The notes under the pieces were generated by a model. The model did no database searches, was not told where the DNA came from, and saw only the letters and a program-made list of their open reading frames with translations. DNA of 64,000 bases. It comes from Eledone cirrhosa. Taxonomy: Eukaryota. Shown piece by piece: positions 25,761-39,000 of the stretch. Positions within the stretch are counted from its first letter, which is position 1. Every line of letters starts with the position of its first letter. The DNA lies in NCBI GenBank assembly GCA_964016885.1, contig OZ024740.1:40362001-40426000 (forward strand), given 5' to 3'. The position numbers and the translations under genes were made by a program.

Positions 25761-26769
25761 ATAGATAGATGCACCCTAGTGGTTAATGTTATGGAGGGTG
25801 TTTAAAAATAAAAAAAAATTGCCAAAACAACAGGTCAAGAAGACTCTTCAGATGTGTCAAAGACATGACAACCTCTCTAGTGCAGGTGCTACAATAAAAC
25901 ACACCCAGTACACTCTATAAAATGTAGATATGTGTGTAAGCTAGATGCAACCCCTGGTTCATCTGAGAGGTCAGTATGATTGAGTAAGTAGTGACTTAGT
26001 TTGTGACAGCCCATCCAACCCTTGCTAACAGGGAAAACAGACATTAAATGATGATATAAGACATTATAAGCACTAACTTGAGACAGAAAAAGAACAGGCT
26101 GTCCCATAGGGTTCAAACCTAGTATCTATTGCATTCTGCACTGCTAATTACACCACAGAGCATCTGCCATCTCTCTCTCTGACAAATTAGCCTAGACATG
26201 TTTTACTGGTATTAACTAACTTCTATCTTCATAAATATCTCATATATTTCTCAGATATCTTTGTAGTTCACTCGGCGCCAAGAAGAGATAGGTTATTCAA
26301 TTCTGTGTGTGTATGTGTGTGAGTGTATTTAAGTGTAGGACTAAACAGGGGTTACATTTCTGGGGTATGGTTTCATTCAATTGGCCCTTTGTTCAATAAT
26401 ACACATCACCAGATCATGAAGAAATAATTAAATGGTGTAAATTGTGATCAATGTGTTTTCATTGATGTCATGCATCAAGAGAATCTTTGAAATTCTTGGG
26501 AAAGGATTTGGTCCTATGTCAGTAGACTGAACTTCATTTATTTTTCTTGTTGCTTAGCTTCTGGTCAAATCTATGACCAAAGACATTCCAGATGTGTGAC
26601 TATCCTATCTTTTTCCTATGTGCAGGAAACTGATAGGGGGTGATTGGAGGGAGATTTGACAGCCATTTTTAGCGGGTTGAGTGACCATATAAGGCTTATT
26701 CTCCATTGGGTTGACTTGGTTAAGAATGGAGACAGGTGACAAATGTGAAGTTACTTTGTAAGAGACAGC

Positions 26770-27260
26770 TTACAGAATTTGGCTGTTTCTTATGGCTTTT
26801 GTCTTCTCAATGCTGATTTCCAAAGAAATGACAAAAGAAAATACTGACATTGAGATGCTACTGAAAACCCATGGCCATCTCCTACATGGAGCACATAAAC
26901 AGTGAAAAGATTCACACAGCAATCTGGCAACATGTAGACAAGTACAAAGACTTGTTAACCACTGTAAAGAGAAGAAAAATAAGATATGGTCACATGACAT
27001 GATCTGGTGGATTGACTAAGACCATTTTGCAAGGATCAGTTTCGGGTATAACACAGAAAGGGACAGTTTAGGGTAAAAGACAGAAAGGGACAGTTCAGGG
27101 TAAAATACAAAGGATATCTGAAGAATAAATGGATAGATAACATCAAGGAATGGACTGGTAAAGACTTGACAATAACTCAAGTCCTGACAGGTGACAGCAG
27201 GATGAAGTGAGGTTGTACACTGCTCAGCCTGCAGTGTCACCATAACCATGGTGAGAGGTA
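26770..27260 (+). mobile_element. Decayed RTE/BovB-like LINE 3' fragment
   Basis: LLTTVKRRK.RYGHM..SGGLTKTILQG..GKRQKG..WIDNIKEWTG remnants with stops and frameshifts. Confidence 0.6.
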
Positions 27261-27399
27261 GTTCACACCTTGCAGTGTCCCCCACATCCTTGGAGAGAGA
27301 TGGTATACTGCTCCAACCTAAGAGGATTTAAGACCATATTAAATCCTCGATGGTATACTGCTCCAACCATAAGAGGATTTAAATATAGTGTACAATATA

Positions 27400-27551
27400 G
27401 TAGGAGTCATGAAAGAGATAGATCCAAGAAGTCTTGGGATAAGGTTGTTAAGACTGACATTAAGAAACTAAACCTCACAGCAGAAATGACAACGGACCAT
27501 GAAGATTGGTGCTATGCTGTGCTGATGAAAACCCCAACCATCAGCATGTGA
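27400..27551 (+). mobile_element. RTE LINE C-terminal fragment
   Basis: RSKKSWDKVVKTDIKKLNL...WCYAV, homologous to the C-termini of the RTE copies at 2.0 kb and 62.7 kb. Confidence 0.6.
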
Positions 27552-28672
27552 CCTGACCCATCACTGCACCCCCACCCCATCCTAGTATCACTTAGATATT
27601 CCCCTCTTCTAAAGTCCTTAGAAAGCCTCTATGGCACCCCAGTCGCTACTCTCTCCATGCCTGTGCACCCCATTTCTACCAATAATCACTACACTACCAC
27701 TTAAATATTCTCTCCTTCAGTACCCCCCCCCCCCCACACACACTAGTGACCATGCATCCACCGCCATTACTGCTTCCCTACGCTATCAGAGGTCACCCCC
27801 TATTCATCACTGTCAAATCACACCCCACCATGCATCCATAACTTACTGCTTATCTCTCCCCTCTCCCATCACCACAGAATAGAGACGGTTCTTCGGTTGG
27901 GACCATAACTGACAATATATATATTTTTCATTTAATCAGGGTGTCAAGAATTTTAACATTTAATAACTAATATAAAATTTGACACTATTAATTAAAAGAG
28001 AGAATATCTAGGTACACCAATGCTGAATACAGAACATATACAATACACATCAATTTCTGATTAACATCGTTTCATTGTCAAATTAGGAGAAAATATTTTT
28101 AAATGTTCCTGTGTAGGTGTAGGACTCCATCTAGGAGATATAAAGAAAATACTTACAGCCTGTCTATAGGCATGACACAGTAACATACTGCTAAACAAAG
28201 AACAACCTCTCCTGCAGGTTCAGGTTGAGCACACAGTTAACAGTCCTACCACTTAAAAACATTTCTTGCATCAAAAATCTCATCACCAAGCAAAACAAAC
28301 CTGCATGTCTTGCACAAGAGAGACTCTTCTTCAGAGACTGATGATATACTCTGAGCAGAGCCTTTCTAGGGTAACTGAAACACCTTCTGACTTCAGGACC
28401 TCACAACACTCATGCAGAGAAGGAACTAACTTCCTGGGAACCAGCAGAACCAAGAATCATCTCAGCAAATTTCAAGACAAGCAAAGTGAAAAAAACAGGA
28501 AGCTGTCTGAAATGACTGAATGGGGCAGGAAGCTTGGAAGGCATGTGTTGATGGTCACAAGAAGCTAAAATATTAAAGAAAATCAAATTTTTTTTAAAAG
28601 AAAATTGAAATAAAAAAAAAGATTGTTATGAAGATAATTCTATATGGAGATTAACTCGAGTTAATTAAACTA

Positions 28673-29984
28673 CAGGGTGGGGCATAAGTTCAGAAGCAAA
28701 TTTTTGAAATTTGATTTCTAAAAGAGTTCTAATTATATCATGAACCTTCTTTTATTTTCTGGTTAAAACATTAGTCTATATAAACATATTAGACTTTGCT
28801 TGAATTTCTTAAAGAATTTGAATACGTCATCCAATAGAGAAATGATACTCAAATTTCATCATGCAGGGAGATCAGATTCGGATATTGCAAAGTTACTTTC
28901 GGTTGCTAGATCAACAATTTGGAAAGCAGTGGAGCGTTTTAAAGAGCAAGGAGATTTGTCAGATAGACCCAGAAGTGGAAGATCACAAACTAAACGGATT
29001 CCTACTCTCATTAAAGCTGTTCAAAAAGGGATAAGAAGAAATCCGAAAAAGTCCCTGGGAAAAATAGCAAAAGAGGTCCAAGTAAGCCTTAGGATAATGA
29101 GAAGGATCATCATTAATGACTTGGGAATGTCTTCCTTCGCCTTTCAGAAGAGACAAACCCTTTCTGAAAAGACAAAACAAAAAAAGCTAGAGAAAAGCAA
29201 GAATTTGCTTAAAGAAATTAAACATGGCATGGTGGGGGAAATTGTCTGGTCCGATTAACAGATTTTCAATGTTGAACAGACACATAACCGAAGAAATGAT
29301 CGAGTCATTGGAAAAAACCCCAGTAATTAGTACTGACCAAAAATCTGTATTCCATACAATGAAACCAGCTTCTGTTATGGTGTGCGTGCGTGTGTGTGTG
29401 TGTGTGTGTGTGAGGTGTGTGTGTGTGTGGGGGGGGGGGCTGTTTCATCATCTTGGTAGTCTCCTCTCATTTTTGTAAAAGAAAGTACAAAAATCAGCTC
29501 CTAATTTAACAAACTATTCTGGAGCCTATGCTTGCTTCTGTAACTAATCATTTTGGCAATGATTATCTGTGGAGCTTCCAAAAGGATGGAGCCACCTCCC
29601 ACACAAGCTTGGTGCAGAGACTACCTTCCGAGGTTCTAGTCAAAAGAAATGTGGCCATCGTGTTTGCCTGATTTGAACCCTTGGACTTTTCTGTATGGTC
29701 TATCCTTGAAGAAAAGGCCTTTTGAAAAGTCCATAAGAGAGTCAATGTTTTAAGGCATATTTACTGAGCACTTGGAAAGGAATTCCCCAAGAAATGTTGC
29801 GTGCTTCGGTGAAAGATGTTTGACAGAGGTTAGAAGCTGTATTTGTTGCATGAAGCGATCATTTTGAGTAAACTCTATACATTACATTCTAAAGATATTT
29901 ATGCATAATTACATACATGTTGCTGGTCAATAAAGTTAGTAGTTTTTTTTTGTTATTAAAGGCATTTTTATTTGCTCCACCCTG
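28673..29984 (+). mobile_element. Decayed Tc1/mariner transposon (maT/DD37D-like)
   Basis: TA|CAGGGTGGGGCA ... TGCTCCACCCTG|TA termini. Transposase HTH (IAKLLSVARSTIW..DRPRSGR), WSD, FQKDGA..H and PDLNPLDFSVW motifs, with stops and frameshifts. Confidence 0.88.
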
Positions 29985-30081
29985 TATATCGCATTTCACA
30001 ATGACACTGAATCATATAATTTCATTTATATGATAATTGTATTTTTCAAGAATGTGCGCAAATTATAACTAAAATAACTAA

Positions 30082-33000
30082 GGTGGTGTATGTGTGATAT
30101 ACAGTGGTGGAGGGGAGGTATGGTGTAGTGGAGGGGAGGTATGGAGTGGTATACTGCGGTGGAGGGGAGGTATGGTGTGATATACAGTAGTGGAGGGGAG
30201 GTATGGTGTGGTATACTGTGGTGGAGGGGAGGTATTGTGTGGTGGAGGGGAGGTATGGTGTGGTACACTGTGGTGGAGGGGGGATATGGTGTGGTACACT
30301 GTGGTGGAGGGGAGGTATGGTGTGGTATACTGTGGTGGAGGGGAGGGATACTGTGTTGGAGGGGAGGTATGGTGTGGTATACTGTGGTGGAGGGGAGGTA
30401 TGGTGAGGTATACTGTGGTGGAGGGGAGGTATGGTGTGATATACAGTAGTGGAGGGGAGGTATGGTGTGGTATACTGTGGTGGAGGGGAGGTATGGTGTG
30501 ATATACTGTGGTGGAGAGGAGGTATGGTGAGGTATACTGTGGTGGAGGGGAGGTATGGTGTGGTATACTGTGGTGGAGGGGAGGTATGGTGTGGTATACT
30601 GTGGTGGAGGGGAGGTATGGTGTGGTATACTGTGGTGGAGGGGAGGTATGGTGAGGTATACTGTGGTGGAGGGGAGGTATGGTGTGGTATACTGTGGTGG
30701 AGAGGAGGTATGGTGAGGTATACTGTGGTGGAGGGGAGGTATGGTGTGGTATACTGTGGTGGAGGGGAGGTATGGTGTGGTATACTGTGGTGGAGAGGAG
30801 GTATGGTGAGGTATACTGTGGTGGAGGGGAGGTATGGTGTGGTATACTGTGGTGGAGGGGAGGTATGGTGTGGTATACTGTGGTGGAGGGGAGGTATGGT
30901 GTGGTATACTGTGGTGGAGGGGAGGTATGGTGTGGTATACTGTGGTGGAGAGGAGGTATGGTGAGGTATACTGTGGTGGAGGGGAGGTATGGTGTGGTAT
31001 ACTGTGTTGGAGGGGAGGTATGGTGCGGTATACTGTGGTGGAGAGGAGGTATGGTGAGATATACTGTGGTGGAGGGGAGGTATGGTGTGGTATACTGTGG
31101 TGGAGGGGAGGTATGGTGTGGTATACTGTGGTGGAGGGGAGGTATGATGTGGTATACTGTGGTGGAGGGGAGGTATGGTGTGGTATACTGTGGTGGAGAG
31201 GAGGTATGGTGAGGTATACTGTGGTGGAGGGGAGGTATGGTGTGGTATACTGTGTTGGAGGGGAGGTATGGTGTGGTATACTGTGGTGGAGGGGAGGTAT
31301 GCTGTGGTGGAGGGGAGGTATGGTGTGATATACTGTGGTGGAGAGGTATGGTGAGGTATACTGTGGTGGAGGGGAGGTATGGTGTGGTATACTGTGGTGG
31401 AGGGGAGGTATGGTGTGGTATACTGTGGTGGAGGGGAGGTATGGTGTGGTATACTGTGGTGGAGGGGAGGTATGATGTGGTATACTGTGGTGGAGGGGAG
31501 GTATACTGTGGTGGAGGGGAGGTATGGTGTGGTATACTGTGGTGGAGGGGAGGTATGATGTGGTATACTGTGGTGGAGGGGAGGTATGCTGTGGTGGAGG
31601 GGAGGTATGGTGTGATATACTGTGGTGGAGGGGAGGTTTGATGTGGTATACTGTGGTGGAGGGGAGGTTTGGTGTGGTATACTGTGGTGGAGGGGAGGTA
31701 TGCTGTGGTGGAGGGGAGATATGGTTTGATATACAGTGGTGGAGGGGAAGTATGGTGAGGTATACTGTGGTGGAGGTGAGGTATTGTGTGATATACTGTG
31801 GTGGAGGGGAGGTATGGTGTGATATACTGTGGTGGAGGGGAGGTATGGTGTGATATACTGTGGTGGAGGGGAGGTATGGTGTGGTATACTGTGGTGGAGA
31901 GGTATGATGTGGTATACTGTGGTGGAGGTGAGGTATTGTGTGATATACTGTGGTGGAGGGGAGGTATGGTGTGATATACTGTGGTGGAGGGGAGGTATGG
32001 TGTGATATACTGTGGTGGAGGGGAGGTATGGTGTGGTATACTGTGGTGGAGAGGTATGGTGTGGTATACTGTGGTGGAGGTGAGGTATTGTGTGATATAC
32101 TGTGGTGGAGGGGAGGTATGGTGTGATATACTGTGGTGGAGGGGAGGTATGGTGTGGTACACTGTGGTGGAGGGGAGGTATGGTGTGGTATACTGTGGTG
32201 GAGGGGAGGTATGGTGTGGTGGAGGGGAGGTATGGTGTGATATACTGTGGTGGAGGGGAGGTATGGTGAGGTATACTGTGGTGGAGGGGAGGTATGCTGT
32301 GGTGGAGGGGAGGTATGGTTTGATATACAGTGGTGGAGGGGAAGTATGGTGAGGTATACTGTGGTGGAGGTGAGGTATTGTGTGATATACTGTGGTGGAG
32401 GGGAGGTATGGTGTGATATACTGTGGTGGAGGGGAGGTATGGTGTGGTATACTGTGGTGGAGGGGAGGTTTGGTGTGGTATACTGTGGTGGAGGGGAGGT
32501 ATGCTATGGTGGAGGGGAGGTATGGTTTGATATACAGTGGTGGAGGGGAGGTATGGTGTGGTGGAGGGGAGGTATGGTGTGATATACAGTGGTGGAGGGG
32601 AGGTATGGTGTGGTGGAGGGGAGGTATGGTGTGATATACAGTGGTGGAGGGGAGGTATGGTGTGGTGGAGGGGAGGTATGGTGTGATATACAGTGGTGGA
32701 GGGGAGGTATGGTGTGGTGGAGGGGAGGTATGCTGTGGTGGAGGGGAGGTATGGTTTGATATACAGTGGTGGAGGGGAGGTATGGTGTGGTGGAGGGGAG
32801 GTATGGTGTGATATACTGTGGTGGAGGGGAGGTATGGTGAGGTATACTGTGGTGGAGGGGAGGTATGCTGTGGTGGAGGGGAGGTATGGTTTGATATACA
32901 GTGGTGGAGGGGAAGTATGGTGAGGTATACTGTGGTGGAGGTGAGGTATTGTGTGATATACTGTGGTGGAGGGGAGGTATGGTGTGATATACTGTGGTGG

Positions 33001-36000
33001 AGGGGAGGTATGGTGAGGTATACTGTGGTGGAGGGGAGGTATGGTGTGGTATACTGTGGTGGAGGGGAGGTATGGTGTGGTATACTGTGGTGGAGGGGAG
33101 GTATGGTGTGATATACTGTGGTGGAGGGGAGGTATGGTGTGGTGGAGGGGAGGTATGGTGTGATATACTGTGGTGGAGGGGAGGTATGGTGTGGTATACT
33201 GTGGTGGAGGGGAGGTATGGTGCGGTATACTGTGGTGGAGGGGAGGTATGGTGTGGTATACTGTGGTGGAGGGGAGGTATGGTGTGATATACTGTGGTGG
33301 AGGGGAGGTATGGTGTGGTATACTGTGGTGGAGGGGAGGTATGGTGAGGTATACTGTGGTGGAGGGGAGGTAAGGTGTGGTATACTGTGGTGGAGGGGAG
33401 GTATGGTGTGGTATACAGTGGTGGAGGGGAGGTATGGTGTGGTGTACAGTGGTGGAGGGGAGGTATGGTGTGGTATACTGTGTGGAGGGGAGGTATGGTG
33501 TGGTATACTGTGGTGGAGGGGAGGTATGGTGTGGTATACTGTGGTGGAGGGGAGGTATGGTGAGGTATACTGTGGTGGAGGGGAGGTATGGTGAGGTATA
33601 CTGTGGTGGAGGGGAGGTAAGGTGTGGTATACTGTGGTGGAGGGGAGGTATGGTGTGGTATACTGTGGTGGAGGGGAGGTATGGTGTGGTGTACAGTGGT
33701 GGAGGGGAGGTATGGTGTGGTATACTGTGTGGAGGGGAGGTATGGTGTGGTATACTGTGGTGGAGGGGAGGTATGGTGTGGTATACTGTGGTGGAGGGGA
33801 GGTATGGTGAGGTATACTGTGGTGGAGGGGAGGTATGGTGTGGTATACTGTGGTGGAGGGGAGGTATGGTGTGGTATACTGTAGTGGAGGGGAGGTATGA
33901 CATTGTATACAGTGGTGGAGGGGAGGTATGGTGGTATAGTGTGGTGGAGGGGAGGTATGGTGGTATAGTGTGGTGGAGGGGAAGAATGCTGTGGTATACT
34001 GTGGTGGGGGGAGGTATGGTGTGGTATACTGTGGTGGAGGGGAGGTATGGTGTGATATACTGTGGTGGAGGGGAGATATGGTGTGGTATACCGTGGTGGA
34101 GGGAGGTATGGTGTGGTATACTGTGTTGGAGGGGAGGTATGGTGTGATATACTGTGGTGGAGGGGAGATATGGTGTGGTATACCGTGGTGGAGGGAGGTA
34201 TGGTGTGGTATACTGTGGTGGAGGGGAGGTATGATGTGGTATACTGTGGTGGAGGGGAGGTATGGTGTGGTATACTGTGGTGGAGGGGAGATACGGTGTG
34301 GTATACTGTGGTGGAGGGGAGGTATGGTGTGATATAGTGGTGGAGGGGAGGTAGGGTGTGTTATACTGTGGTGGAGGGGAGGTAGGGTGTGTTATACTGT
34401 GGTGGAGGGGAGGTATGCTGTGGTGGGGGGAGGTATGGTGTGATATAGAGTGGTGGAGGGGAGGTATAGTGTGATAGACTGTGGTGGAGGGTAGGTATGG
34501 TGTGGTGGAGGAGAGGTATGGTTTGGTATACTGTGGTGGAGGGGAGATACGGTGTGGTATACTGTGGTATACAGGGGTGGAAGGGAGGTATGGTGTGGTA
34601 TATTGTGGTGGAGGGGAGGTATGGTGTGATATACTGTGGAGGGGAGGTATGGTGTGGTATACTGTGGTGGAGGGGAGGTACGGTGTGGTATGCTGTGGTG
34701 GAGGGGAGGTACGGTGTGGTATACTGTGGTGGAGGGGAGGTATGGTGTGGTATACTGTGGTGGAGGGGAGGTATGGTGTGATATACTGTGGTGGAGGGGA
34801 GGTATGGTGTGGTATACTGCGGTGGAGGGGAGGTATGGTGTGGTACACTGGTGGAGGGGAGGTATGGTGTGATATGCTGTGGTGGAGGGGAGGTATGGTG
34901 TGATACACTGTGGTGGAGTGGAGGTATGGTGTGGTATAATGTGGTGGAGGAGAGGTATGGTGTGGTGGAGGGGAGGTATGGTGTGGTATACTGTGGCGGA
35001 GGGGAGGTACGGTGTGGTATACTGTGGTGGAGGGGAGGTATGGTGTGATATGCTGTGGTGTGATACATTGGTGGAGGGGAGGTATGGTGTGGTATACTGT
35101 GGTGGAGGGGAGGTATGGTGTGATATACAGTGGTGGAGGGGAGGTATGTTGTGATATACAGTGGTGGAGGGGAGGTATGGTGAGGTATAGTGTGATATAC
35201 TGTGGTGGAGGGGAGGTATGATGTGATATACTGTGGTGGAGGGGAGGTATGGTGTGGTACACTGTGGTGGAGGGGAGGTTTGGTGTGGTATACTGTGGTG
35301 GAGGGGAGGTATGGTGTGGTATACTGTGGTGGAGGGGAGGTATGCTGTGGTGGAGGGGAGGTATGGTGTGATATACAGTGGTGGAGGGGAGGTATGGTGT
35401 GATATACTGTGGTGGAGGGGAGGTATGGTGTGGTATACTGTGGTGGAGGGGAGGTATGGTGTGGTGGAGGGGAGGTATGGTGTGGGATACTGTGGTGGAG
35501 GGGAGGTATACTGTGGTGAAGGGAAGGTATGGTGTGGTATACAGTGGTGGAGGGGAGGTATGGTGTGGTATACTGTGGTGGAGGGGAGGTATGGTATTGT
35601 ATACAGTGGTGGAGGGTAGGTATGGTGTGGTATAGTGTGGTGGAGGGGAAGTATGCTGTGGTATACTGTGGTGGAGGGGAGGTATGGTGTGGTATACTGT
35701 GGTGGAGGGGAGGTGTGGTATACTGTGGTGGAGGGGGGATACGGTGTGGTATACTGTGGTGGAGGGGAGGTATGGTGTGGTATACTGTGGTGGAGGGGAG
35801 GTATGGTGTGATATACTGTGGAGAGGAGATATGGTGTGATATACAGAGGTGGAGGAGAGGTATGGTGTGATATACTGTGGAGGAGAGGTATGGTGTGGTA
35901 TACTGTGGTATACCGTGGTGGAGGAGAGGTATGGTGTGGTGGAGGGGAGGTACGGTGTGGTATACTGTGGTGGAGTGGAGGTATGTTGTGGTATACTGTG

Positions 36001-39000
36001 GTGGAGGGGAGATATGCTGTGGTATATTGTGGTGGAGGGGAGGTAGGAGGTATGGTGTGGTAGACAGTGGTGGAGGGCAGGTAAGGTGGAGGGGAAGTAT
36101 GGTGTGGTATACTGTGGTGAAGGGGAGGTATGGTGTGGTATACTGTGGTGAAGGGGAGGGATGGTGTATGCTGTGGTGGAGGGGGTTATGGTGTGGTGAA
36201 GGGAAGTTATGGTGAGGTATACTGTGGTGGAGGGGAGGTATGGTGTGGTATACTGTGGTGGAGGGGAGGTATGGTGTGATATAGTGGTGGAGGGGAGGTA
36301 TGGTGTGGTATACTGTGGTGGAGAAGAGGTATAGTGTGGTATACTGTGGTGGAGGGGAGGTATGGTGTGGTATACTGTGGTGGAGGGAAGGTACGGTGTG
36401 GTATACTGTGGTGAAGGGGAGGTATGGTGTGGTATGCTGTGGTGGAGGGGAGGTATGGTGTGGTATACTGTGGTGGAGGGATGTATGGTGTGATATACTG
36501 TGGTGGAGGGATGTATGGTGTGGTATACTGTGGTGGAGGGGAGGTATGGTGTGGTATACTGTGTTGGAGGGGAGGTATGCTGTGGTGGAGGGGAGGTATG
36601 GTGTGATATACAGTGGTGCAGGGGAGGTCTGGTGTGATATACTGTGGTGGAGGGGAGGTATGGTGTGGTATACTGTAGTGGAGGTATGGTGTGATATACT
36701 GTGGTGGAGGGGAGGTATGGTGTGATACACTGTGGTGGAGGGGAGGTATGGTGTGGTATACAGTGGTGGAGGGGAGGTATGGTGGTGTATGCTGTGGTGG
36801 AGGGGAGGTATGGTGTGGTATACTGTGGTGGAGGGGAGGGGTGTGTGGTATCCTGTGGTGGAGGGGGTATGGTGTGGTGAAGGTATGGTGGTATACTGTG
36901 GTGGAGGGGAGGTATGGTGTGGTATACAGTGGTGGAGGGGAGGTATGGTGTGGTATACATTGGTGGAGGGGAGGTATGGTGTGGTATACAGTGGTGGAGC
37001 GGAGGTATGGTGTGGTATACTGTGGTGGAGCGAGGTATGGTGTGGTATAGTGGTGGAGGGGAGGTATGGTTTGGTATACTGTGGTGGAGGGGAGGGATGG
37101 TGTGGTATGCTGGGGTGGAGGAGGGTATGGTGTGGTGAAGACTAGGTATGGTGTGGTATACTGTGGTGGAGGGGAGGTATGGTGTGGTATACTGTGGTGG
37201 AGGGGAGGTATGGTGTGGTATAATGTGGTGGAGGGGAGATATGGAGGTATACTGTGGTGGAGGGGAGGTATGGTGTGGTATACTGTGGTGGAGGGATGTA
37301 TGGTGTGGTATACTGTGGTGGAGGGGAGGTATGGTGTGGTATACTGTGTAGGAGGGGAGGTATGCTGTGGTGGAGGGGAGGTATGGTGTGATATACAGTG
37401 GTGGAGGGGAGGTATGGTGTGATATACTGTGGAAGAGGGGAGGTATGGTGTGGTATAGTGTGGTGGAGGGGAGGTATGGTGTGGTATACTGTGGTGGAGG
37501 GGAGGTATGGTGTGGCATACTGTGGTGGAGGGGAGGTATGCTGTGGTGGAGGGGAGATATGGTGTGATATAGTGGTGGAGGGGAGATATGCTGTGGTGGG
37601 GGGAGGTATGGTGTGATATAGAGTGGTGGAGGGGAGGTATAGTGTGATAGACTCTGGTGGAGGGTAGGTATGGTGTGGTGGAGGGGAGGTATGGTGTGGT
37701 ATACAGGGGTGGAAGGGAGGTATGGTGTGGTATATTGTGGTGGAGGGGAGGTATGGTGTGGTATACTGTGGTGGAGGGGAGGTATGGTGTGGTATACTGT
37801 GGTGGAGGGGAGGTATGGTGTGATATACTGTGGAGGGGAGGTATGGTATGGTATACTGTGGTGGAGGGGAGGTATGGTGTGGTATACTGTGGTGGAGGGG
37901 AGGTATGGTGTGGTATACTGTGGTGGTGGGGAGGTATGGTGTGGTATACTGTGGTGGAGGGGAGGTATGGTGTGGTATACTGTGGTGGTGGGGAGATATG
38001 GTGTGATATACTGTGGAGGGGAGGTATGGTGTGGTATACTGTGGTGGAGGGGAGGTATGGTGTGAAATACTGTGGAGAGGAGATATGGTGTGATATAGTG
38101 GTGGAGGAGAGGTATGGTGTGGTATACCGTGGTGGAGGAGAGGTATGGTTTGGTGGAGGGGAGGTATGGCGTGGTATACTGTGGTGGAGTGGAGGTATGT
38201 TGTGGTATACTGTGGTGGAGGGGAGATATGCTGTGGTATATTGTGGTGGAGGGGAGGTATAGTGTGGTATACTGTGGTGGAGGGGAGGTATGGTGTGGTA
38301 TACTGTGGTGGAGGGGAGATATGGAGGTATACTGTGGTGTAGGGGAGGTATGGTGTGGTATACTGTGGTGGAGGGGAGGTATGGTGTGGTATACTGTGGT
38401 GTAGGGGATGTATGGTGTGATATACAGTGGTGGAGGGGAGGTATGGTGGTATACAGTGGTGGAGGGGAGGTATGGTGTGGTATACTGTAGTGGAGGGGAG
38501 GTATGGTGTGGTATACTGTGGTGGAGGGATGTATGGTGTGGTATACTGTGGTGGAGGGGAGGTATGGTGTGGTATACTGTGTTGGAGGGGAGGTATGCTG
38601 TTGTGGAGGGGAGGTATGGTGTGATATACAGTGGTGGAGGGGAGGTATGGTGTGATATACTGTGGAAGAGGGGAGGTATGGTGTGGTATAGTGTGGTGGA
38701 GGGGAGGTATGGTGTGGTATACTGTGGTGGAGGGGAGGTATGGTGTGGCATACTGTGGTGGAGGGGAGGTATGCTGTGGTGGGGGGAGGTATGGTGTGAT
38801 ATAGAGTGGTGGAGGGGAGGTATAGTGTGATAGACTCTGGTGGAGGGTAGGTATGGTGTGGTGGAGGGGGGGTATGGTGTGGTATACAGGGGTGGAAGGG
38901 AGGTATGGTGTGGTATATTGTGGTGGAGGGGAGGTATGGTGTGATATACTGTGGTGGAGGGGAGGTATGGTGTGGTATACTGTGGTGGAGGGGAGGTATG

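Noticed and set aside
28266-28568. 100-aa ORF
   Set aside because: It starts with TTG and has no recognisable motif, so it is probably decayed repeat sequence.
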